A stretch of 64,000 bases of DNA, taken from Christensenellaceae bacterium (GTDB taxonomy: Bacteria; Bacillota; Clostridia; Christensenellales; UBA1242). The position numbers were made by a program, and so were the translations under genes. The notes below the pieces were generated by a model. It did not search any database and was not told the origin of the DNA. It saw only the letters and a list, made by a program, of their open reading frames with translations. The stretch is from NCBI GenBank assembly GCA_031262595.1, contig JAISHI010000006.1, forward strand, positions 438 through 64,437. The letters run 5' to 3'. Below, piece after piece: positions 63,991 to 64,000 of this stretch. Numbering within the stretch: the first letter of the stretch is position 1; every line of letters begins with the position of its first letter.

Positions 63991-64000
63991 AACTCCCCTG

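Overview
This window is a densely coding 64-kb chromosomal segment from an endospore-forming Firmicute that looks Clostridia-like. The evidence for that is a spoIIAA-spoIIAB-sigF operon, a Spo0A-type DNA-binding domain, and SPOR, M50 and amidase genes. I call 54 CDS, one tRNA-Leu(UAA) and a long Bacillus-type SRP RNA that the ORF track mis-reads as a 101-aa ORF. Housekeeping genes are uvrA, tpiA, eno, dnaN, recR, proS-tyrS, pcrA, mtaB, degV and a Xer-type recombinase. Five giant surface proteins (789 to about 1315 aa) occupy about a quarter of the window. All product calls rest on motif recognition by eye; no database search was possible.

Main findings:
1. A nine-gene, translationally coupled minus-strand operon (16824 to 5966) joins two paralogous type-I surface proteins with conserved cytoplasmic tails, two bitopic membrane proteins, three unrecognisable soluble proteins, a ParM/Alp-type actin-like ATPase and a proline-rich protein in the ParR position. 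The same C-terminal ..NK(D)NGG(A/S)N peptide ends the proline-rich protein and the 944-aa surface protein, and a looser version ends the 789-aa one. This is a candidate undescribed system linking a filament to the cell surface.
2. First genes of transcription units almost always carry a TTGnnn-17/18-TAnnnT promoter only 5-8 nt from the start codon, so their mRNAs are probably leaderless. Operon-internal genes keep AGGAG Shine-Dalgarno (SD) sites.
3. A B12-binding radical-SAM enzyme is fused to a uracil-DNA-glycosylase-fold domain in a patch that is AT-richer than its flanks.
4. A Spo0A paralogue lacks the receiver domain, and tandem 0A boxes sit upstream of spoIIAA.
5. A polytopic membrane domain is fused to an ABC ATPase, and the fusion joint still carries an SD and an ATG.

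No CRISPR array, transposon or prophage was seen.
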